Origin: Bacteroides sp. CAG:530
GTDB taxonomy: Bacteria; Bacteroidota; Bacteroidia; Bacteroidales; Bacteroidaceae
Direction: 5' to 3'
NCBI GenBank assembly: GCA_000434735.1
Contig: FR881281.1
Span: 12,777 to 76,776, forward strand
DNA length: 64,000 bases
Numbering within the stretch: the stretch's first letter is position 1; each line of letters begins with the position of its first letter. Shown here one piece after another: positions 9,213 through 19,969 of the stretch. Position numbers and translations under genes: made by a program. The notes under the pieces are model-generated. The model was not told the DNA's origin. It made no database searches and saw nothing but the letters and a program-made list of their open reading frames with translations.

Positions 9213-10538
9213 TTACTTGCGGCGGCGTTTTCTGCGCTGCATACGCTGACGTTTATACTTCTGCCATCGACTATGAATCCGCCATACGCATAGGGCGAAT
9301 ACTACAACGAATATCAGCAGTACGATACCGCTATTCAGATTATCACCCTTTACACGCTGCCATATTTCGAGCACTTCGACTGTCTTATCGCCAAAGTCGC
9401 GTATCATAGAGCAACGGTTCACAACCGAAATATCGGGATATTGGGTATTATGTAACTTTACGTGTCGTCCTATCTCGCCAAAGAAATAGCTGGCATCTAC
9501 ATAATCTTCTAATGTAGTGTCAATACGAGCCTCCATAATTTCGGGAGAAGCAATAGAACTTACGTAACCAATCTCTTCCATATTACGCAATGCAACATCC
9601 GGACGGCAAAGGAAATTAATAAAATAGCTTGCCGCCTTTACGTTTCGTGCATATTTAGGGATTACCCATCCGTCGTACCAAATATTACTACCCTCGCGCG
9701 GAACCTCATAAGCCAATTCCACACCTACAGACTCGGCTTCGTCTATCGCCCACTGCGCATCGCCGCTCCATGTCATGTTTATCCAAGCCTTTCCTTTGGT
9801 CATCATCTCCTTTCCAAAATCGGCTTCCCATCCTGCCACATTCGGTTTGAGTAATTTCAGATACTTTTCTACCGTATCCATCGCCGCTGGCGAATAGTCG
9901 TTCATCAACTGCTTCACGGTTTTCTTTCCGTCTTCCAAATCTTTACGATAGGCATAGAGCAAAGCCGTACCATAAGCGTCGCGATAAGAGTCTTTCATCA
10001 GGATACGTCCTGCGAAACGCTTGTTCCAAAGGCAATCCCACGTACTCATATCTGCAGCCGAAACATACTTGGTGTTATACAACAAACCGGCAGTACCCCA
10101 CATATAGCATACAGCATATCTGTTTACAGGCTTATCGGGCGTACTGATTTGCGCTATCTGCTCGCGTATATACGGAGCTACTCCATTCATATAATTAGGA
10201 GAATGCGCGAAAACAGTATCGATAGGCAACAACAAGTCTTTATGCAGCATACGCTCTATGATGTATTCCGAAGGGCATACCACGTCAAAGTCTTCGTGTC
10301 CTTTCTCTATCTTGGTAAGCATTACCTCGTTAATGTCGAACGTCTGGTAAACTATGTGAATATCTTCGCCTGTCTGCTCTTTATAGTATTCTTGGAAGTC
10401 CTCTAAGACCCCTTCGCCGATATAATCGCCCCAATTATAAATCTTCAGCACATTCTGCCGCGACTCGTTTTCATTGTAACAGCCAGTCATAGCCACGCAA
10501 GCTATCAGCAAGGCAACAATCAGATTGAGTTTCTTCAT
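9213..10538 (-). CDS. potD: spermidine/putrescine ABC transporter substrate-binding protein
   Basis: 441 aa; lipobox (AMTGC); PotD/PotF-like SBP fold motifs. Unusual C-terminal hydrophobic helix plus polybasic tail (IVLLIFVVVFALCVW...KRQRMQRRKRRRK). It is the last gene of the pot operon. Confidence 0.85.
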   Translation of the reverse strand: MKKLNLIVALLIACVAMTGCYNENESRQNVLKIYNWGDYIGEGVLEDFQEYYKEQTGEDIHIVYQTFDINEVMLTKIEKGHEDFDVVCPSEYIIERMLHKDLLLPIDTVFAHSPNYMNGVAPYIREQIAQISTPDKPVNRYAVCYMWGTAGLLYNTKYVSAADMSTWDCLWNKRFAGRILMKDSYRDAYGTALLYAYRKDLEDGKKTVKQLMNDYSPAAMDTVEKYLKLLKPNVAGWEADFGKEMMTKGKAWINMTWSGDAQWAIDEAESVGVELAYEVPREGSNIWYDGWVIPKYARNVKAASYFINFLCRPDVALRNMEEIGYVSSIASPEIMEARIDTTLEDYVDASYFFGEIGRHVKLHNTQYPDISVVNRCSMIRDFGDKTVEVLEIWQRVKGDNLNSGIVLLIFVVVFALCVWRIHSRWQKYKRQRMQRRKRRRK

Positions 10539-10565
10539 TTCCTCTTGATATCTCTGTATTCTGGA

Positions 10566-11360
10566 TTAATTATCCGCCTTGGCTTTTCCGGCACGGCGGT
10601 TCAATATAATAAGCAACACCAATATCACTATAAATATCAATGCTGAAAGTGGTCTCAGTTCGGGAGTAAGTCCGCCTTTACGCGCATCGGCATAGATATA
10701 GGTGGAAAGTGTTTCCAAACCTTGGTTACCGATGGTGAATACGGTAACGGCAAAATCATCGACCGAAATGGTAATGGCCAACAAGAATCCGCTTATCATT
10801 CCCGGACGAATCTCCGGGATGATGACCTTGCGCAACGCCTGCATCGGTGTAGCTCCCAAATCGAGTGCCGCCTCATAAAGATTAGGATTCATCTGCTTGA
10901 GGCGAGGCAATACGCTAAGCACTACATATGGAGTACAAAACGTGATGTGCGCCAGCACTACGGTGGTGAATCCTTGCGTAATACCCAACGATACGAACAG
11001 CAAGAACAATGAGATACCGGTAATGATATCACCGTTAAGGATAGGTATGGTATTTATAAATCCCACAGCCTTACGATTTCTTGCCTTAAGATTGTAGATG
11101 CCGATGGCGGCTATACTTCCTAATATGGTAGAAGCTGTAGCGGCTATCAATGCTATAAGAATGGTGTTTACAAAAGCGTTCATCAGCGAGTGATGCGCAC
11201 CGGTATTAAGCAGAGACTCGTATAGCTTTAAAGAGAATCCAGTCCAGTTGCCCAGCACCTTAGCTTCGGTAAACGAATAGATTACGATAATTCCGATTGG
11301 GGCATACAGCAAAATAAGCAATACCCACAGGTATACCTGCCCGATAATACGTTTTACCAT
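10566..11360 (-). CDS. potC: spermidine/putrescine ABC transporter permease
   Basis: 264 aa, 6 TM segments, EAA-loop (EAALDLGATPMQALRKVIIP), PotC-like. Confidence 0.85.
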   Translation of the reverse strand: MVKRIIGQVYLWVLLILLYAPIGIIVIYSFTEAKVLGNWTGFSLKLYESLLNTGAHHSLMNAFVNTILIALIAATASTILGSIAAIGIYNLKARNRKAVGFINTIPILNGDIITGISLFLLFVSLGITQGFTTVVLAHITFCTPYVVLSVLPRLKQMNPNLYEAALDLGATPMQALRKVIIPEIRPGMISGFLLAITISVDDFAVTVFTIGNQGLETLSTYIYADARKGGLTPELRPLSALIFIVILVLLIILNRRAGKAKADN

Positions 11361-12151
11361 ACTCCTCCTTTCTCCGCATCGCTCTGCTCGTCTGAACTAA
11401 ACAGAGTAGTAGCGGCAATAAGAAACAACATGATTAACGACAAGGCTGCACCGTAATTCCAGAGACTATTGTTGATATTCTCCTGAATGGTGGTACCGAA
11501 CAGCTTGATATTGTTCATGGTTAGCAACTCGGCGATGGCGAACGTAGAGATGGTAGGCATAAACACCATCATCACTCCGCTGACAACACCGGGCATAGAA
11601 AGCGGGAATACGACTTTCCAAAACACCTGAAACTGATTGGCTCCCAAGTCTTGCGCAGCCTCAATATAACTCTTGTCCATCTTCTGAAGCGTATTGTAAA
11701 TAGGGTAAATCATAAATGGAATGAAGTTATATATCATACCAAATATCAAGGCTCCTTCGCCCAACGGAAGTTTGCAAAAATCGAACAACGCTACCGTAGC
11801 CAACGTGCGCACCAATATATTGACCCACATAGGCAGAATAAACAGCATGATAAGTGTGCGGGCATAACCCAAATTCTTACAATTATTAAGAATCCAAGCT
11901 GCCGGATAACCCAACAAGATACAACCTATAGTGGTTATCATGGCAATACCGATAGAATAAACAAATGTGTTTACAGCCTCTGGATGCGCAAAGAACTTAG
12001 CGAAGTTCTCTAATGTAAGGTGTCCGGCATCGTCAGTAAAAGCGTAAACAACTATCAGCAGCAGCGGTATAATAACAAATATCGCCGAGAATATAAGGTA
12101 CGGCAGTACCCAACTCTTACGCGAAGAGAACAAATGAAATATTTTATTCAT
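11354..12151 (-). CDS. potB: spermidine/putrescine ABC transporter permease
   Basis: 265 aa, EAA-loop (EAAQDLGANQFQVFWKVVFP). Overlaps potC by 7 nt. Confidence 0.85.
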   Translation of the reverse strand: MNKIFHLFSSRKSWVLPYLIFSAIFVIIPLLLIVVYAFTDDAGHLTLENFAKFFAHPEAVNTFVYSIGIAMITTIGCILLGYPAAWILNNCKNLGYARTLIMLFILPMWVNILVRTLATVALFDFCKLPLGEGALIFGMIYNFIPFMIYPIYNTLQKMDKSYIEAAQDLGANQFQVFWKVVFPLSMPGVVSGVMMVFMPTISTFAIAELLTMNNIKLFGTTIQENINNSLWNYGAALSLIMLFLIAATTLFSSDEQSDAEKGGVW

Positions 12152-12168
12152 TTAGCGCCTATTGATTA

Positions 12169-13560
12169 TTAGATTACACGTATAGCATCTGCAGGAATAG
12201 TAATACCCACATGGTCGCCATCATCCCATACGTCATTAGTATCGACAAATACATTCTCGTCCCAATCGGAACATACGGTAAGGTGGTAATGATTTCCTTT
12301 ATAAAGTATGAATTTCACTTCGCCAGTCAGCATGCCGTCTTCCGCATTATCCTGCAAAATGATTTTATCGAAATCGACCTCTACCTTTACATGCCCCCAG
12401 TCGCACGAAGCATCGCTCATGTCCACACGAGGACATTCAAACGTACAACCCAAGAATTCCACGTGAGTTTCGTCTACCATAGCAGCTTCGAACTCGTTGC
12501 ATGTACGCTCTTTATGCATGATATGTATATCGAACGGCTTAACCAGCAAGCCGACTTCAGTTCCTGCCTCAAACGCATGATAGTCTTGTACCAAGAGTTC
12601 GTAATCGTCTACCAAAACCGTCATTTCATAATGCACACCTTTAAATATGCACGACTGCACTACTCCGCGCAGCTGAGCCATGTCTGAAACAGGGAATATA
12701 TATAAGTCTTCGGGGCGAACCACAACATCCACCGGTACATCGTTACCGAAGTTCTTATCTACGCACTCAAAATCGTGTCCGCAGAAACGAACCAAGCAAT
12801 CGTGAACCATAGTACCGTTCAAGATGTTACTTTCACCAATAAAGTCGGCTACGAAAGAGTTGGTAGGTTCATTATATATATCTATAGGAGTACCTATCTG
12901 CTGAATGCGTCCTTCGCTCATTACCACTATAGTATCGCTCAGCGTAAGAGCCTCTTCCTGATCGTGAGTTACATACACAAACGTAATACCAAGACGCTTA
13001 TGCATCTCCTTCAACTCCATCTGCATATCCTTACGCATCTTCAAGTCGAGCGCCGCCAATGGTTCGTCGAGCAACAACACCTCCGGTTCATTTACAATAG
13101 CACGGGCTATGGCAACACGCTGTTGCTGACCTCCCGACAAAGAGTTCACATCGCGATATTCATAGTCGGTCATTCCCACCATGCGTAACGCCACCTTTAC
13201 TTTCTTTTCGATTTCCGGTTTCGACATTTTCTTCAGCTTCAAGCCAAAAGCGATATTGTCGAACACATTAAGATGAGGGAATAAGGCGTACTTCTGGAAC
13301 ACCGTATTCACAGGACGACGGTGCGGAGGTGTTTGGGTAATCTCCTTACCGCCAATATATATTTCACCCTCCGACGCTGTCTGAAAACCAGCTATTAACC
13401 GCAGAAGCGTAGTCTTACCACAACCCGAAGGACCTAATATAGTTACAAACTCACCTTTTCGGATAGACAAGTTCACATTGTCCAATGCGGTCTTTTCTCC
13501 AAAGAATTTAGACACACTCTTTACTTCGATGATTGGTTTGTTCTCTGCTTGCATAAACAT
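12169..13560 (-). CDS. potA: spermidine/putrescine ABC transporter ATP-binding protein with extended C-terminal regulatory domain
   Basis: Walker [10 protein letters not shown], signature [14 protein letters not shown], Walker B LLLDEP. 463 aa, longer than E. coli PotA. Confidence 0.9.
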   Translation of the reverse strand: MFMQAENKPIIEVKSVSKFFGEKTALDNVNLSIRKGEFVTILGPSGCGKTTLLRLIAGFQTASEGEIYIGGKEITQTPPHRRPVNTVFQKYALFPHLNVFDNIAFGLKLKKMSKPEIEKKVKVALRMVGMTDYEYRDVNSLSGGQQQRVAIARAIVNEPEVLLLDEPLAALDLKMRKDMQMELKEMHKRLGITFVYVTHDQEEALTLSDTIVVMSEGRIQQIGTPIDIYNEPTNSFVADFIGESNILNGTMVHDCLVRFCGHDFECVDKNFGNDVPVDVVVRPEDLYIFPVSDMAQLRGVVQSCIFKGVHYEMTVLVDDYELLVQDYHAFEAGTEVGLLVKPFDIHIMHKERTCNEFEAAMVDETHVEFLGCTFECPRVDMSDASCDWGHVKVEVDFDKIILQDNAEDGMLTGEVKFILYKGNHYHLTVCSDWDENVFVDTNDVWDDGDHVGITIPADAIRVI

Positions 13561-13684
13561 TTATAAATTACGGGCTGCAAAGGTACATATTATATAGCGT
13601 TTAGAATGTAGTTTATCGAATTTTATTTCATTTTATGCATATAATTGCATTCATTTGTACTTTTGCATATTTTATACCCGATAT

Positions 13685-14788
13685 TTACTTATCGTGTATA
13701 GCATAGAAATATGTGTCGAGCAAGCGTTTAGCCGCCGAAAAAGAGGTTACACTTCCTTGCAACACTGCGTCTTCTTCGCTGCGAAGCATCGACGCTATAT
13801 TAGGATTATTATAGAAACTATCGCGCAATTGTTCTTCTATGGTTTCATACATCCAATACTTTGACTGCTCGTTACGGCGATATTGGAAATAACCATTGGC
13901 TTTAACGAAATCGAAGTAGCTGTATATCATATCCCATACCTCCTTAATGCCAAAACCATAGAAGCCCGAGTAAGTAAGTACTTGAGGAGTCCATCCGGAT
14001 TCTGGCGCAGGGAACAAATGCAACGCATTGCGGAAATGAGCAGCCGCCAACTTCGCCTTTTCTATATTGCTTCCGTCGGCCTTGTTGATTACGATGCCAT
14101 CCGCCATCTCCATAATACCGCGCTTTATGCCCTGCAGCTCATCGCCGGTACCTGCCAACTGGATAAGCAAAAAGAAATCTACCATTGAGTGGACTGCCGT
14201 TTCACTCTGCCCCACTCCAACCGTTTCTACGAATATCTTATCGAATCCGGCGGCTTCGCATAATATAATGGTTTCGCGTGTCTTTCTTGCCACACCGCCT
14301 AACGAGCCGGCGGTTGGACTAGGACGTATAAATGAATCTGGATGAACAGACAACTTCTCCATGCGGGTCTTGTCGCCTAGAATACTACCTTTAGAGCGTT
14401 CACTACTTGGGTCGATAGCCAACACAGCCAACTTACCACCACGTTCAAGCACATGCAGTCCGAAGACATCGATAGACGTACTTTTTCCCGCTCCGGGCAC
14501 TCCACTAATACCGATACGGATAGAATTGCCGGAATAAGGCAAACATTTCTCTATCACCTCTTGAGCCAATGCCTGATGTTCGGGCTTAACACTCTCTACA
14601 AGCGTAACAGCCTGACTTAGCACCGTTATATCGCCCTTTACTATACCTTCTACATACTCTCCTGCCGTAAAAGTCCGGCGGTGAGGCCGTTTACGCAAGT
14701 TGAGATACGGGTTTATTATACCGGGCTGCTCAATACCCTTATTGACAGCCAGTCCTTTATATTCTTCACTGTTTTCGGGGTGTTCCAT
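13685..14788 (-). CDS. meaB: methylmalonyl-CoA mutase-associated GTPase MeaB/ArgK family
   Basis: P-loop GVPGAGKST, G-protein motifs (DPSS, NKAD), size 367 aa. Confidence 0.85.
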   Translation of the reverse strand: MEHPENSEEYKGLAVNKGIEQPGIINPYLNLRKRPHRRTFTAGEYVEGIVKGDITVLSQAVTLVESVKPEHQALAQEVIEKCLPYSGNSIRIGISGVPGAGKSTSIDVFGLHVLERGGKLAVLAIDPSSERSKGSILGDKTRMEKLSVHPDSFIRPSPTAGSLGGVARKTRETIILCEAAGFDKIFVETVGVGQSETAVHSMVDFFLLIQLAGTGDELQGIKRGIMEMADGIVINKADGSNIEKAKLAAAHFRNALHLFPAPESGWTPQVLTYSGFYGFGIKEVWDMIYSYFDFVKANGYFQYRRNEQSKYWMYETIEEQLRDSFYNNPNIASMLRSEEDAVLQGSVTSFSAAKRLLDTYFYAIHDK

Positions 14789-14809
14789 AATATCTTCAGT
14801 ATTTTCAGG

Positions 14810-15886
14810 TTATTTCTTTATAGTGGCCTTTACTCTTATCACTACCGAAGGCGACGCTGGGTCATTGGTTATCATCAACACACGCGGTACACCTTTTACG
14901 CGAGGCAAGTTTTCAGTCAATACGGTTATTTTCATTTTTGTAGATTCGCCAGGCTTCAATACAGTCTTCTTCAATTTTACAGCCAAGGCTATATTAAAGA
15001 CTTGCATATCTTGTATCGTCAAATCCGACTTCCCGGTATTGGTGATAATGACTGTCTGCGATTTTTTCTGATGAGGATTCAAATCGAGAAACTCAACTTT
15101 AGTAGACGACAGAGAGATATGCGGCGGATTCTTCTTCTGTAATTCTGTCTGGTTAGAAAAATCGGGAAGCAGTACGGCAGAAACCGGAATTTCGTTTTCA
15201 GCACTTACCTTATCGCCCGAGAAGCGAGACAGATATACCGAAGCACGTGTAATACCAAATTTGGGAAGTTTGTCGGTATCAAGCGTAACTTTTATAACGC
15301 CATTCTTACCGCGTCCCAATGTTTCTGGTTCGGCTTTCGCACTTAAATAAGGAGGCAAGTGCATAAGCACCGGCTGGTATGCCTTACTCGATGTGTTGGC
15401 AACCAACAATGTCACCTCTGGATTCTCACCTTTATATACATTGTCGAATTCTATCTCGTCTTTATCCAAGCGAATAGCTCCGAATCCTACGGGATGAGTG
15501 AACGAATAGTTCTTTGAATCGGCGGTAACCTCACCGTTAAACTCCACATATAAAGGCATATCCGACGCATTACAATAAATGCCTAACTCTTTATAAAAAT
15601 GTCCTATCGCCTTTGCGTCGAAAACAGCGGTTACACTGCCTTTTCCACCTGCCGGGATGGGCGACTTTGTCCATTCTACATCGGTACATCCGCAAGAGGA
15701 ATATACTTTAGATATTACAAGAGGCTTATTGCCGGTGTTGGTGAAATTATATGTTATCGTTACTGGCTTGTTCCACAATACGTACCCCAACTCCTGAACT
15801 TTCTTATCAAATTCTATTTTAGGCTGGGCATACAAGGCCAAGCTTAACATCGACAGTAAACCAAATATATATAATGTGCGCTTCAT
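14810..15886 (-). CDS. DUF1573-family secreted protein
   Basis: The ORF 14810..15946 has an implausible N-terminus; the internal Met (MKRTLYIFGLLSMLSLALYAQ) gives a clean signal peptide. There are repeated beta-sandwich-like segments with CGC motifs as in DUF1573. The stop is 21 bp from the meaB start. Confidence 0.65.
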   Translation of the reverse strand: MKRTLYIFGLLSMLSLALYAQPKIEFDKKVQELGYVLWNKPVTITYNFTNTGNKPLVISKVYSSCGCTDVEWTKSPIPAGGKGSVTAVFDAKAIGHFYKELGIYCNASDMPLYVEFNGEVTADSKNYSFTHPVGFGAIRLDKDEIEFDNVYKGENPEVTLLVANTSSKAYQPVLMHLPPYLSAKAEPETLGRGKNGVIKVTLDTDKLPKFGITRASVYLSRFSGDKVSAENEIPVSAVLLPDFSNQTELQKKNPPHISLSSTKVEFLDLNPHQKKSQTVIITNTGKSDLTIQDMQVFNIALAVKLKKTVLKPGESTKMKITVLTENLPRVKGVPRVLMITNDPASPSVVIRVKATIKK

Positions 15887-16184
15887 TCTGTAATTGTTTT
15901 TATTATTTAGACAAAGATAAATAGAAATCGGCAATGAGCAAAACAATTATTCCCGCATTAAACCACTATTAACCATACAATAATGACATTACAAGTAAAT
16001 ATTATTCCACACAGCATAAGGTACAAGCTATCAAAAGCATACAATATACGCTAAAATAATACATAAAACACCACAAGTTTTTAAAACTATTCTCTAATAC
16101 ACAATCCACTTCATAAATATGTATTAAATTAGTACCCGAATATAACGATGCAAAAACATGAAATATCGAATAGAACATTATAAC

Positions 16185-18062
16185 ATGAAAACACTTGTAA
16201 GAATCACCTTTTTAGTGCTATGCACGCTTTTGCCTTTAGCTTGTTCTAATAATGCCTACAAACAAGTAGACGTATTAATTATAGGAGGAGGAGCCAGCGG
16301 TACCACAGCCGGCATTCAGTCTGCACGCATGGGAGTAGAAACCCTGATAATAGAAGAGTCGCCTTGGTTGGGAGGCATGCTTACCGCCGCTGGGGTAAGT
16401 GCCGTCGATGGCAACTATAATCTGCGGGCCGGCTTATGGGGCGAGTTTCTGAATAAAGTGTCGCAGTATTACGGTGGACTCGACTCACTTAGGACAGGAT
16501 GGGTAAGCAGTGTATTATTCGAGCCGTCGGTAGGAAATAAGATTTTCCATGAGTTAGCGGAAGTAGAAAAAGAGTTTCTCGAAGTGTGTGGAGAAACAAC
16601 ATGCCAAGCGGTTAAGCAGACTTCCGAAGGATGGGAGGTAATAGCCCAAAAGAAGAACGGTACAAAGATGCGCGTCAAGGCAAAGGTTCTTATAGACGCC
16701 ACTGAGCTTGGAGACATCGCCAAGCAATTCGTAAAATACGATATCGGTATGGAAAGTAAGTACGATACGCACGAAGACATTGCGCCCGACAGCGCCAACA
16801 ACATAGTGCAAGACTTGACTTACGTGGCTATACTGAAAGACTATGGAAAAGATGTCACCATTCCCCGCCCCGAGGGATACGACCCGAAAGAATTTGCATG
16901 CGCATGTTCTAATCCGATATGCGTTACTCCTAAAGAGCCCAACAGAGTATGGTCGAAAGATATGATGATTACTTACGGCAAACTGCCCAACAATAAGTAT
17001 ATGATAAACTGGCCCATTGAAGGGAACGACTATTATATCAACTTGATAGAGATGACTCCCGAAGAGCGCACCAATGCGTTGCAATACGCCAAGGACTTCA
17101 CAATGCGGTTTATATATTTCATACAACATGAATTGGGCTATAATCATTTGGCTCTGGCCGACGATGAATTTCCTACAGCCGACAAGCTGCCGTTTATTCC
17201 ATATCACCGTGAATCGAGGAGAATACACGGAAAAGTAAGATTCACGTTGAATCATATAACAAACCTGTATAATCAGCCTCAACCGCTTTACCGCACCAGC
17301 ATAGCGGTTGGCGATTATCCGGTAGACCATCACCATACACGCTATCACGGATACGATGAATTGCCTAATCTGTATTTCCATCCGATACCGTCCTTCTCCT
17401 TGCCGCTTGGAGTCATGATTCCCGACAGTTGCAAGAACTTGATAGTAGCCGAGAAGTCTATATCCGTATCGAATATCGTAAACGGATGCACTCGTCTACA
17501 ACCTGTGGTTCTGCAATTGGGACAAGCGGCAGGAATATTAGGAGCTATCGCAGTAAAAAAGGATATCGCTGTAGAAAATGTCTCGGTAAGAGATGTACAA
17601 GACGAGGTTTTAGCCGCCAACGGCTACTTGCTTCCGTATCTTGATGTTCCGGCAACCGACAGCCGATTTAAATCTTATCAGCGCATCGGCTCTACCGGAA
17701 TATTGAAAGGCGTAGGAAAAAACGTAGAATGGACAAATCAAACATGGCTACGCGCTGATACTGTATTACTGAAAAAGGAGCTCTGCGGAATAGTAGACAT
17801 ATATCCGTACGCCAATAAACTGATGGATTTCACTTCTCCCGACAAGGTGACTGTAAAAGAGGCAGTAATGCTTGTAGCTTCAATTGCAAAACAAGAAAAT
17901 ATTGCCCTAAAAGACAGCGAACAAAAACTATGGAATGACTGCGGACTAACAGATTGGAACGAAAGTAGAGATATAACTCGTGGCGAAATGGCTATACTTA
18001 TAGATAAGGTGCTCGACCCATTCCATAAGAAACCGGTAGATATAACAGGACAACTGAATTAA
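16185..18062 (+). CDS. FAD-dependent oxidoreductase (PF12831-like), secreted/lipoprotein
   Basis: After a signal peptide with lipobox (LPLACS) comes the dinucleotide-binding motif DVLIIGGGASGTTAG. The start is taken at the internal Met (MKTLVRITF). Confidence 0.75.
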   Translation: MKTLVRITFLVLCTLLPLACSNNAYKQVDVLIIGGGASGTTAGIQSARMGVETLIIEESPWLGGMLTAAGVSAVDGNYNLRAGLWGEFLNKVSQYYGGLDSLRTGWVSSVLFEPSVGNKIFHELAEVEKEFLEVCGETTCQAVKQTSEGWEVIAQKKNGTKMRVKAKVLIDATELGDIAKQFVKYDIGMESKYDTHEDIAPDSANNIVQDLTYVAILKDYGKDVTIPRPEGYDPKEFACACSNPICVTPKEPNRVWSKDMMITYGKLPNNKYMINWPIEGNDYYINLIEMTPEERTNALQYAKDFTMRFIYFIQHELGYNHLALADDEFPTADKLPFIPYHRESRRIHGKVRFTLNHITNLYNQPQPLYRTSIAVGDYPVDHHHTRYHGYDELPNLYFHPIPSFSLPLGVMIPDSCKNLIVAEKSISVSNIVNGCTRLQPVVLQLGQAAGILGAIAVKKDIAVENVSVRDVQDEVLAANGYLLPYLDVPATDSRFKSYQRIGSTGILKGVGKNVEWTNQTWLRADTVLLKKELCGIVDIYPYANKLMDFTSPDKVTVKEAVMLVASIAKQENIALKDSEQKLWNDCGLTDWNESRDITRGEMAILIDKVLDPFHKKPVDITGQLN

Positions 18063-18077
18063 TTCCCCAATAAAAAA

Positions 18078-18127
18078 TTATCTCACTACTACCGTAGTGA
18101 AAATGTGTGACGGTAGTAGTGAGATAA
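18078..18127. terminator. bidirectional rho-independent terminator (perfect 17-bp stem)
   Basis: ttatctcactactaccg ... cggtagtagtgagataa, flanked by an A6 run upstream (T-run on the minus strand). It lies between the convergent oxidoreductase and cdaA. Confidence 0.75.
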
Positions 18128-18154
18128 CTTTAATAAGAAAAGCAATAGATTATT

Positions 18155-18970
18155 TTATTTTTCTGTCTTCTCAGCCTTCTGCTCTGAAGACTTCTTCGAC
18201 TTGTCATTAGTAAGCATACGCTCAAGTTCCTCCGGAGTAAGGCGCAAATGGAACTCGCCCTGATAAGCTACCGATATGCCACCGGTTTCTTCGGAAACAA
18301 TGATAGCCAACGCATCTGTTTCCTGAGAGATACCAAGCGCGGCGCGATGACGCAAACCCAACTCTTTAGGTATATTCAGATTATGCGAAACAGGAAGAAT
18401 ACATCCGGCAGCCTTAATACGCTTATTGCTGATTATCATAGCACCATCGTGCAACGGACTGTTCTTAAAGAAAATATTTTCTATCAGACGCTGGTTGATA
18501 TTGGCATCTATAATATCTCCGGTACGAGCCACGTCGTCGAGCGGGAAATCACGTTCCACCACTATCAGTGCTCCTACCTTTCCCTTACTCATGTTCATGC
18601 AAGCCATCACAATAGGCATGATATCCTCTTTATTGTCGGTTTCTTTCTTTCCGCCAGAGAAAAAGCGGAATATACTGCTGCTGCGATGACGCGAGCCAAG
18701 CGAAAGAAGGAAATGACGAATCTCGTCTTGAAACAGCACGATAAGAGCTATAACTCCTACACTTACCAACTTATCGAATATAGAACCGAGCAAACGCATC
18801 TGCAAGACCTGCGACACGATAAGCCAAATAACAATAAACACCAATATACCAATAAACACATTGATAGAGCCCGAAGACTTCATCAGCTTATAGGTTTTAT
18901 AAAGCAGATAGGCAACCAGCAGGATGTCTATAATATCTTTTATCGTCAATATGGAAATATCAAAAGGCAT
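18155..18970 (-). CDS. cdaA: diadenylate cyclase (c-di-AMP synthase), membrane-anchored
   Basis: Three N-terminal TM helices then a DAC domain (motifs DGAMII, RHRAALGISQETDA). Confidence 0.85.
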   Translation of the reverse strand: MPFDISILTIKDIIDILLVAYLLYKTYKLMKSSGSINVFIGILVFIVIWLIVSQVLQMRLLGSIFDKLVSVGVIALIVLFQDEIRHFLLSLGSRHRSSSIFRFFSGGKKETDNKEDIMPIVMACMNMSKGKVGALIVVERDFPLDDVARTGDIIDANINQRLIENIFFKNSPLHDGAMIISNKRIKAAGCILPVSHNLNIPKELGLRHRAALGISQETDALAIIVSEETGGISVAYQGEFHLRLTPEELERMLTNDKSKKSSEQKAEKTEK

Positions 18971-18989
18971 ATCGTTTTATCTTGTTGAA

Positions 18990-19850
18990 TTATAATTCTT
19001 TCTGCAATCCTCGCATTGCGGCGAATATCTGTACGGCTTCTGCTGCAGCACGCACATCGTGCACACGCAGTATGTCGGCTCCTTTCATCAGCGAAATAGT
19101 GTTTATCACCGTAGTTCCGTTAAGTGCGTCTTCAGGACCGCCGCCAAGCAGTTTGTAAATCATCGACTTACGCGAAACGCCTACTAACACGGGCAACTCA
19201 AACATAGAGAATTCTTCCATGTGGTTAAGCAGTTCGTAGTTGTGCTCTAAGGTCTTTCCAAATCCGAAGCCAGGGTCGAGGATTATATCTTTCACGCCCA
19301 AGTCGCGCAAGCGGCGTACTTTATCAGAAAAGTAACACAGCACTTCTTTCATCAAATTATCATAATGAGGATTCAGCTGCATGTTCTGCGGAGTTCCCTG
19401 CATATGCATTATAATATAAGGTACGCCCAACTGCGCTACCGTAGCGAACATATCCTTATCCATCTCGCCTGCCGCTATATCATTTATGATGGCCACTCCG
19501 TATTCTTCCACACACATACGGGCTACATCGGCACGGAAAGTATCTACCGATACCACAGCGTCCGGACATTCGGCAAAGACGATGCGTAAACCATTACGAA
19601 GACGGTCCATCTCTTCCACTGGACTTATATTCTCAGCGTTTGGGCGCGATGAATAAGCTCCTATATCGATTATGCTTCCGCCCTCGTCTATTATCTGACG
19701 GGTGCGAGCCGCTATTTCCGCTTCGGTCTGTTTGCGGCTTCCGGCATAAAAAGAGTCGGGGGTAACATTCAATATACCCATCACCTGCGGGTAGGACAAA
19801 TCCATCAACCGCCCATTTACATTGATATATTTCGATATAGAATCTTTCAT
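18990..19850 (-). CDS. folP: dihydropteroate synthase
   Basis: 286 aa, pterin-binding TIM-barrel motifs (ILNVTPDSFYAG, IIDIGAYSSRP, ILDPGFGFGK). Confidence 0.9.
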   Translation of the reverse strand: MKDSISKYINVNGRLMDLSYPQVMGILNVTPDSFYAGSRKQTEAEIAARTRQIIDEGGSIIDIGAYSSRPNAENISPVEEMDRLRNGLRIVFAECPDAVVSVDTFRADVARMCVEEYGVAIINDIAAGEMDKDMFATVAQLGVPYIIMHMQGTPQNMQLNPHYDNLMKEVLCYFSDKVRRLRDLGVKDIILDPGFGFGKTLEHNYELLNHMEEFSMFELPVLVGVSRKSMIYKLLGGGPEDALNGTTVINTISLMKGADILRVHDVRAAAEAVQIFAAMRGLQKEL

Positions 19851-19969
19851 TATCTGCGTAGTTCTTGGTTTCTGCCGACAAACTTACTAAATAATTTCGA
19901 GTTATATTTCTGAAAGAAACCGAAGATTTTATCTAAGTTTGCAACTCAATATTATAAAAAGCGTAAGCT

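Noticed and set aside
16554-17381. 275-aa minus-strand ORF
   Set aside because: Antisense within the FAD-dependent oxidoreductase gene; no domains.
18248-18988. 246-aa plus-strand ORF
   Set aside because: Completely antisense to cdaA, which has clear DAC-domain motifs. Shadow ORF.
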